Shown here piece after piece: positions 57,717 to 64,000 of a stretch of DNA of 64,000 bases. The notes beneath the pieces are model-generated. The model was given only the letters and a program-made list of their open reading frames with translations, was not told the DNA's origin and searched no databases. The stretch is from an uncultured bacterium (GTDB taxonomy: Bacteria > Electryoneota > Electryoneia > Electryoneales > Electryoneaceae): NCBI GenBank assembly GCA_964552465.1, contig CAZKGR010000014.1, forward strand, positions 14,970 to 78,969, written 5' to 3'. Positions within the stretch are counted from its first letter, which is position 1. Each line of letters opens with the position of its first letter. A program made the translations under genes and the position numbers.

Positions 57717-59981
57717 TTAGTCTGACTTAGCGGCCTCATCGCGTTTGATCTGATCACGGTGGACAAATAGTAAAGCACTTAGCGGAGGAACAGTTTCGAC
57801 TCCGACATGAGCTCGTCCCTGAGTGATGTTCTCCCGCACGTTATTCCCTGTAGCCAGCACGACCCACGGTCCGTCTGGCAGCAGGGCTTTCTTTTCCTTC
57901 TTTTCGTTCAGGTTTACCAGCGCAACGAGCTTGTCGCCCGGCACGAGTATAGCAAATGCCAGCAATCCATCGCCGTGATCGTCCAGCGTGTGAAAATTCG
58001 CATATCTTGCCAAACGCAGGGCGGGATGATCCTTACGCAGGTGCGCGAACCGCCGAACATAAGTCACCATATCCTGCATCGAGCCGGTTGTTGGTTCATC
58101 CCAGTCGAGCCAGTTGGTGGCATCATCACGATTGTAGCTGTCACGGTCGAGCTGACCATTTCGTTTACGTGAAGTGACATTTTTCTGCTTCGTGGTGTTT
58201 GGTTCACCGGTGACGATTTTTGCATTTAACCACTCGTCACCCTGATGCAGCATGATCATCCCACGGCTGATGAACAGCAGGAAGAAACCCAGTTTGGCGC
58301 GATTGATTAATTCTGGTGTTAGCTCGGGCTCCTTATCCTTCAAAACCTGGTCAGGTTTTATCTGCGCGAGTGCGATACGCAGGAAATCGCCATAGTTGTA
58401 ATAGTCGTGACTTGCCAGATAGTTAACTGACTGCCATTCTTCGTCAAATGAACCGCCAAGTTGAGTTGTGTGTCCGCGTAATTGAGCCAGGATATCGTGG
58501 GTTTCGGCAGTGAGCAAGGTTCCGTGTTGGTTTACGGCATCGTGCCCACGTACTCCATCCCTGAACTTGTCATTCCATGACGACCAACCTCGCACGGCGA
58601 AACGCCGCTTGTCATACAACCCACCCCACGGTTCAGCAATCAAGTGGACATGTGGATTGTCTTCGCGCAGTTTATTGGTGATGGTGTCCAGAGTGACGTT
58701 GTCGATCAACCCGGCAAGGTCGAAACGAAATCCGTCTATGCCATAAATCTGTGACCAGTGCAAGAGTGAATCGACAATCATCCGCCGAGCCATCGGACGT
58801 TCGGTCATGAAGTCGTTGCCGCACCCGGAGTCGGATTTAAGTTGACCATTACCGTGGTGACGCAGCCAGTACATCGGGTCCAGCCTCCGCAACGGGCTCA
58901 TTCCATAGTTTCCGACATGGTTGTAAACGACATCGAGGATGACCGCCAATCCCTTAGAATGCACGTGTTCCACCATCTTGCGCACGTTGAGCATTATCCG
59001 TGGATCAGACCCGAACCAGTTCTGATCAGTTGGCGATTTGCAATAGCGCGGTTCCGGAGCGAAATACTGCACGCTCATGTAGCCCCAGTGGTTGCGCGCA
59101 GTTTCATTCCATTGGTTGACGGGTGTACCAAAGGGCGGTTCACGGTCGTCGTAAACGTGTAACGGAAGCCATTCGATAGAGTTGAAGCCAAGGTTTTTAA
59201 CATAATCCGGGAAAGACCCAGCCGTAATTCCGCGGTAGGTCCCGCGCTGGTCGTCCTGCACATCCGTTGCAAGCTTGGTTGCATCCTTGATGTGCGTTTC
59301 ATAGATCATCAAGTCACGTGGGGGGATGTTCACATGACTCATGTGTCTCAGATGTCCCCAGAGGGGTTCAGGGACGATTGACAGCATTCGTACCGGCCAG
59401 CCGGGAGATTTTGTTACCAGCCAGCTATAAGGATCACAGAACACAACGTCGCTGCTGTCATCCAGATCGTCCGGCCCCTCGACCCTGAATCCATAGAATT
59501 GACCCGGTTGAACGCGATTTATCTCCTTTGACCAGCATCCAGTTCGATCATCCAAGTCCAGTTCGATATCCTCTACCGGTTCGTGATCCGGTCGGTCGAA
59601 TAGCAAGAAACGAACAGATCGTGCACGTGGGTGGAATACTCGTGCGATGGCAATGTCGTCAGCCCAGATCAGGCCGAGCGGTTCATCTGTGTAGTATCTG
59701 TTGAGAATCTCATCCGGCAACACTGGAACAGAGTGCTTCCCATCGACAATCAGGTCTGTAACACTGCGCATATCGAACGGGCCGCCGTGCAATACAAACC
59801 GCCGTCTCCCTTCACGAACAACTCGTTCGATCCGGTACTCAGGATCGAAGGAAAACCTGTCTATGGAAGGAGTAAAAGCAGGTGGTTCACTGAACATCAG
59901 GATGACTTTTTGCTCATCGAGCAGACTCGCGCGGTAGGGCACAGGGAGCGATTGCGTTCTCAATTTCTTTGATTTCTTCAT
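57717..59981 (-). CDS. GH13-family alpha-glucan debranching enzyme (pullulanase/GlgX-like)
   Basis: GH13 conserved regions: DVVYNHVG, GFRFDLAGLI, AEPWGG, YLASHD. Confidence 0.85.
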   Translation of the reverse strand: MKKSKKLRTQSLPVPYRASLLDEQKVILMFSEPPAFTPSIDRFSFDPEYRIERVVREGRRRFVLHGGPFDMRSVTDLIVDGKHSVPVLPDEILNRYYTDEPLGLIWADDIAIARVFHPRARSVRFLLFDRPDHEPVEDIELDLDDRTGCWSKEINRVQPGQFYGFRVEGPDDLDDSSDVVFCDPYSWLVTKSPGWPVRMLSIVPEPLWGHLRHMSHVNIPPRDLMIYETHIKDATKLATDVQDDQRGTYRGITAGSFPDYVKNLGFNSIEWLPLHVYDDREPPFGTPVNQWNETARNHWGYMSVQYFAPEPRYCKSPTDQNWFGSDPRIMLNVRKMVEHVHSKGLAVILDVVYNHVGNYGMSPLRRLDPMYWLRHHGNGQLKSDSGCGNDFMTERPMARRMIVDSLLHWSQIYGIDGFRFDLAGLIDNVTLDTITNKLREDNPHVHLIAEPWGGLYDKRRFAVRGWSSWNDKFRDGVRGHDAVNQHGTLLTAETHDILAQLRGHTTQLGGSFDEEWQSVNYLASHDYYNYGDFLRIALAQIKPDQVLKDKEPELTPELINRAKLGFFLLFISRGMIMLHQGDEWLNAKIVTGEPNTTKQKNVTSRKRNGQLDRDSYNRDDATNWLDWDEPTTGSMQDMVTYVRRFAHLRKDHPALRLARYANFHTLDDHGDGLLAFAILVPGDKLVALVNLNEKKEKKALLPDGPWVVLATGNNVRENITQGRAHVGVETVPPLSALLFVHRDQIKRDEAAKSD

Positions 59982-60253
59982 GGGTCACATGACCACGGAT
60001 GATGATGGACAGGCTCTTTGCTGAGGGCAAGCGAGGTGTCAAAATCCCTTGCTTCTCAAGACAGTTAGCGGATATTACCCTTGAACGAGGGACAACACTC
60101 CGCTACATTGCAAACCGCGCAGAGAAGATGTGCGGAAACCGCTTCCGATAACAAGAATCGTTTGGTGATTTCCTCTCATTGGCAGACACATCAACTCAGC
60201 TGATCTAGTCAATCGATAACGCATGATTTAGCACATTGAAACGGTTCATATAC

Positions 60254-61393
60254 ATGAAGATCTGGGTCATACTGCTGGTATTGCTGTTTACCACACTCGC
60301 TGTCCAGTCACAGTCGCTTCCCGGAGAACGTCGGAGCTACGCTGAAAAGGCAGAGGTGGCACTGGTTTCAGGCGATTACGAGAATGCCGTTGAATTATAT
60401 CGTCTGTGGCTTGAAGCCGACCCTGACGATTTCCGCAGTTGGTACAATTACTCGTGTGCACTCAGCCTTGCGAACGATACAACCACTGCCCTGGTTGCGC
60501 TGGAGACTGCGGTGAACCTGGGTTGGCGTGATTCTACCTGGACAATGCGTGATCCGGACCTCGAACGACTACACGACAACCCAACTTTTGATCTGATCTT
60601 GACACGTATGAGCCAGCTCTGGCGTGACAATCAGGCTCATTCGGCAACATCATCTACACGATACGCCCGTCAGGTTCGATATGCTCCGTATCTGTTGGAT
60701 CTACCTAATTCGTACGTGCGCGAACCTGCACGATCATTTCCACTCATCGTATTGCTTCATGGGCGAGGGTCGTCCATGGAAGCTATGACTGATCTACGTC
60801 AACGTTTGGCCTTGCCAAATGTTATTATTGCCCAACCGCAGGCGCCATTTGCCGTGCAGGAAAGCAGTGGCGGTTATGAGTACTGGCCCTCCACGATGCA
60901 GAACGAGTTTGGTGATACTTTACTGCACGGAATCCGTCGGGATGCCGGGCAATGGGTGTTGAATGTAATTAACGATATCGCATCTGAAGTTCGAGTTGAC
61001 ACAGATCAGGTCTACCTGGTCGGATTTAGTCAAGGCGCGGCTGTTGCATGCATCACGGCGCTCGAGTACGCCAATTCCCTTGCCGGAATTGTCATGGTCG
61101 GCGGTTACTTGCCGGAGACGCAAAGAGACAGCACGGCATTTGGACGAATGAGTGATGCTGACGTTCAAGTGATGATCGCTCACGGCCGCCGGGACCAGAT
61201 AATCGAGCCGTCTACTGCCGAGCAGTTGCAGGCAGACATGCAACAAGCAGGTGTAAATGTAACTTTCAAACTGTTCCCTGCCGGGCATGAGTTCACGGAT
61301 GAAATGATCGTTGATGTCGCCGATTGGCTTGGCGATCAACAACGACGTGATCGAGCGGCGAGCGAACAATCTACCCAAGTAGAGCGTGATTAG
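60254..61393 (+). CDS. secreted alpha/beta hydrolase (phospholipase/carboxylesterase family) with N-terminal TPR-like region
   Basis: Signal peptide; nucleophile elbow GFSQGAA; HGRGSS oxyanion region; C-terminal His. Confidence 0.7.
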   Translation: MKIWVILLVLLFTTLAVQSQSLPGERRSYAEKAEVALVSGDYENAVELYRLWLEADPDDFRSWYNYSCALSLANDTTTALVALETAVNLGWRDSTWTMRDPDLERLHDNPTFDLILTRMSQLWRDNQAHSATSSTRYARQVRYAPYLLDLPNSYVREPARSFPLIVLLHGRGSSMEAMTDLRQRLALPNVIIAQPQAPFAVQESSGGYEYWPSTMQNEFGDTLLHGIRRDAGQWVLNVINDIASEVRVDTDQVYLVGFSQGAAVACITALEYANSLAGIVMVGGYLPETQRDSTAFGRMSDADVQVMIAHGRRDQIIEPSTAEQLQADMQQAGVNVTFKLFPAGHEFTDEMIVDVADWLGDQQRRDRAASEQSTQVERD

Positions 61394-61458
61394 AATGACA
61401 GTTGATTTCGTTAAGCACAAGTCTTGACTAATCTTGTCTAACCAAACCGAACGGGCCG

Positions 61459-62394
61459 ATGAATTTCTGGAAACGTTTCAAGAGCGATTGGTATATCCGT
61501 GTGTACATGATCCTGCTCGCTGTCCTGCTCTGGGTTGTAGTGGTGATGACTCAGGTTTATGAGACTACGGTTAATGTGCCGGTGCGAGCGTTGAATATCG
61601 GACCCGACAAGATCCTCGTTTCCAACCTGCCCGAAACAATTCCCGCTCGCTTCTCAGGGCAGGGGAAAGACCTCTTTGTTCTCAACTATTTCAGACCTGC
61701 TCACTTGGAACTGGATCTCCGTGTTGTTGACCAGGATTTCGATTATCCACTGCACACAGGCCTGATTGAAGTTCCCGCTGGTCTTGCGGTAGAACCACTG
61801 GTTCTGCCAGGACAGGATGTAATCCCTGTCAGCGTTGACGACCGCCTGATAGTTCGACTCCCGATAGCTCCAGATGTTGAGGTTCGAACACGTGCAGGGT
61901 ATATCGCTGGCGAAATTGTGTTGGTAAATCCTGATTCAGTTACTGTTTCCGGACCTAATACAATTGTCAGCCGTATGCGTGAAGTGTTGACGCAGGAGCG
62001 GATATACGTAGGTCTCGCAGATTCTCTTACAGAAGAGGTTGAGCTGCTCGCGCCGGAACGGGTGGACCTGTACCCAACCACAGTTCAACTCAATATCGTT
62101 GTTAACCGGCTGGGGGAACGCAATCTCGAACGAATTCCGCTGCTCATTGTCGGTGAGCCGCGCGGACGTCAGATCATTCTCGAACCGTCTGTAATTGATG
62201 TTCGAGTGAAGGGACCATCACACCGTCTCGCCCAACTAACATCGGATTCGGTGCGAGTGTGGATAGACCTGACTCGCTGGGATCGTGAGCGCCGTGATTA
62301 CACACCTGTGATCGATTTGCCTGATGATCTTGAGCTACTCGACACCAATCCGGCGACCATAAGAGTGCGGTTGGAGGTTGATTCATGGGAGTGA
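61459..62394 (+). CDS. YbbR-like domain protein (CdaR-type)
   Basis: N-terminal TM helix followed by repeated YbbR-like beta segments. Confidence 0.75.
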   Translation: MNFWKRFKSDWYIRVYMILLAVLLWVVVVMTQVYETTVNVPVRALNIGPDKILVSNLPETIPARFSGQGKDLFVLNYFRPAHLELDLRVVDQDFDYPLHTGLIEVPAGLAVEPLVLPGQDVIPVSVDDRLIVRLPIAPDVEVRTRAGYIAGEIVLVNPDSVTVSGPNTIVSRMREVLTQERIYVGLADSLTEEVELLAPERVDLYPTTVQLNIVVNRLGERNLERIPLLIVGEPRGRQIILEPSVIDVRVKGPSHRLAQLTSDSVRVWIDLTRWDRERRDYTPVIDLPDDLELLDTNPATIRVRLEVDSWE

Positions 62395-63398
62395 CCGTCC
62401 TTGCGGTTGAAACTTCCTGCGACGAAACCGCTACAGCCGTAATACGGGACAATGAACTGCTCGCCAGCCTCGTCGCTACCCAGGAAGTGCATTCCCTGTG
62501 GGGGGGAGTTGTCCCCGAACTCGCCAGTCGTCTGCATCAGCGCACACTCACCTCGTTGACTCATGAAGCCATCTCGCGTGCCGGGATTCAATTGTCCGAG
62601 CTCGACGCTGTTGCCTCAACCGTCGGACCGGGCCTGATTGGCGCGCTGCTGGTCGGCGCCAGCTACGCAAAAGGCTTGGCAGCGGGATTGGGCAAGCCAT
62701 TCGTTGGCGTAAATCATCTGGAAGGGCATTTGTGGTCAGCGGCGGTGACCGATGACGATCTGGAGCTACCGGCGTTGGCGTTGCTAGTCAGTGGAGGGCA
62801 TACTGAGCTGATCGAGATCCGTGGCTTCGGCGATTACAACCTGCTCGGTGCAACCCTTGACGATGCCGCAGGTGAAGCGTTCGACAAAGTCGGTGGCTTG
62901 CTCGGGATTTCGTATCCGGCAGGTGCGGAGCTATCCCGGTTGGCTTCCGAGGGAAACGATCGCGCGTACCCGTTCGCTGTTGCCCGTACCCAAAGCCCCT
63001 ACGATTTCAGCTATTCCGGGTTGAAAAGCGCGGCACTGCGTCAGGTAGAGAAGCTGAAACGTGAACACGATGACGATTCCTGGCATGCGGACCTGGCGGC
63101 TTCATTCCAACGGTCGGTCGTGCGGCAGCTGAAGCAACGTGTCGATGCGGCGTTAACGGCTGGCGAATACAAAACTCTGACCCTCGGTGGCGGTGTAGCG
63201 GCGAACCAGAAGCTGCGCGATGTGCTGACCGGGCTAGCGCAGAAACATCAGGTCGCGTTGCGCGTTCCACCGATGGCGTATTGCACCGACAACGCCGCGA
63301 TGATCGCGTGGGTGGCGGCGCGCAAGGTCGAACACGGCCAGCTCGATCCGTTGAACAGCCCAGCAAACCCGAACATGACACTCGTCCCGGAATCCTGA
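62385..63398 (+). CDS. tsaD: tRNA N6-adenosine threonylcarbamoyltransferase
   Basis: VLAVETSCDETA...; HLEGHL metal-binding motif; Kae1/TsaD family. Confidence 0.9.
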   Translation: MGVTVLAVETSCDETATAVIRDNELLASLVATQEVHSLWGGVVPELASRLHQRTLTSLTHEAISRAGIQLSELDAVASTVGPGLIGALLVGASYAKGLAAGLGKPFVGVNHLEGHLWSAAVTDDDLELPALALLVSGGHTELIEIRGFGDYNLLGATLDDAAGEAFDKVGGLLGISYPAGAELSRLASEGNDRAYPFAVARTQSPYDFSYSGLKSAALRQVEKLKREHDDDSWHADLAASFQRSVVRQLKQRVDAALTAGEYKTLTLGGGVAANQKLRDVLTGLAQKHQVALRVPPMAYCTDNAAMIAWVAARKVEHGQLDPLNSPANPNMTLVPES

Positions 63399-64000
63399 TG
63401 CATCCATATCCAGCCGCCATCACCCTGCACACCTCATTTGGACTCGGCTGGACCATCCTCGCCGCTGTATTACTGATCGCGCTCGCAGCCTGGAGTTATC
63501 GCTGGACACGTCCACCATTGCCTGTCTGGGCACGGGCTGGATTGGCCGTTTTCCGGGCGCTGGCACTTATTGCAGTACTTCTGCTCGCCGCTGAGTTTGA
63601 GGTACGATGGGTGAACGATGAAGAGGTCAAACCGCGTGTCGGATTGTTGCTGGATGCGTCCGAGTCGATGTCGTTCACTGATGCTTCCGGCGTTCGCGCC
63701 GACTCGATTAGCGCAGTCTTGGATTCCGAAGTGTGGCCGGAGTTGCGGCGCGACATCGATCTCGAGCCCGCCGCGTTTTCTGCGTCACTTGATTCATGGA
63801 AAGGTCGCAGCTTACCCGATCTCGACGGTGCGGTCACTGACATGGAAGCGGTGCTGAACGAGTACGCCGGACGTGCTGAAGGTCCGCCGGACGCGTTGGT
63901 CCTGATCAGCGACGGCGCGTTCAATCACGGTGGTGCGTACACCGCCGCTGCACGCCGACTCAATGTTCCGATCCACGCCATTGCCATAGGTGATTCGTTG
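63398..64000 (+). CDS. BatA-like membrane protein with vWA domain (3-prime partial at the window end)
   Basis: ATG overlaps the tsaD stop (TGATG). Two N-terminal TM helices, then LLLDASESM (a DxSxS MIDAS motif) of a vWA domain. The ORF runs off the window. Confidence 0.5.
   Translation, partial: MHPYPAAITLHTSFGLGWTILAAVLLIALAAWSYRWTRPPLPVWARAGLAVFRALALIAVLLLAAEFEVRWVNDEEVKPRVGLLLDASESMSFTDASGVRADSISAVLDSEVWPELRRDIDLEPAAFSASLDSWKGRSLPDLDGAVTDMEAVLNEYAGRAEGPPDALVLISDGAFNHGGAYTAAARRLNVPIHAIAIGDSL

Overview
This window looks like about 64 kb from a bacterium of the FCB-superphylum kind: many proteins end in a T9SS C-terminal sorting domain, Shine-Dalgarno sites are used, GC is roughly 53 percent, and TGA is an ordinary stop (it terminates nupC and C10 copy 1). 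Housekeeping blocks are uvrB, purD, a sigma-54 activator / LptE-like / YrdC-PTP / GT9 operon, a pyrimidine-nucleoside salvage operon (cdd-like, udk, tdk, nupC), hsp20 divergent from htrA, lplA, rplT-rpmI-infC with five tRNAs, acetoacetyl-CoA synthetase, rsmI, a GH13 debranching enzyme and tsaD. Interleaved are two clusters of T9SS cargo genes (21.7-31.9 kb and 40.5-46.3 kb): LVIVD-repeat and FG-GAP-repeat proteins, two PrtT-like C10 cysteine peptidases, and two paralogous thioredoxin-fold proteins. The cargo clusters carry marks of rearrangement: a frameshifted gene, a 3-prime-truncated C10 paralog, a fossil nupC 3-prime fragment, several families of short intergenic repeats, and AT-rich patches. 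The most striking observation is that the two paralogous T9SS cargo proteins each carry an in-frame TGA at the same conserved position. It makes a UxxC motif exactly where a thioredoxin CxxC would sit, and an identical 15-nt hairpin follows 11 nt downstream in both genes, which is the bacterial SECIS geometry. These are candidate secreted selenoproteins; the ORF track had split them at the TGA. Other notable items are a 1592-aa AMP-forming acyl-CoA ligase fused to a GNAT domain, an archaeal-type GatE-like protein, a YrdC/Sua5-LMW-PTP fusion, an IVS-type four-helix-bundle gene flanked by inverted repeats, a MITE-like 130-bp repeat with compensatory hairpin changes, and a near-consensus sigma-54 promoter ahead of hsp20 alongside a PspF-like regulator.
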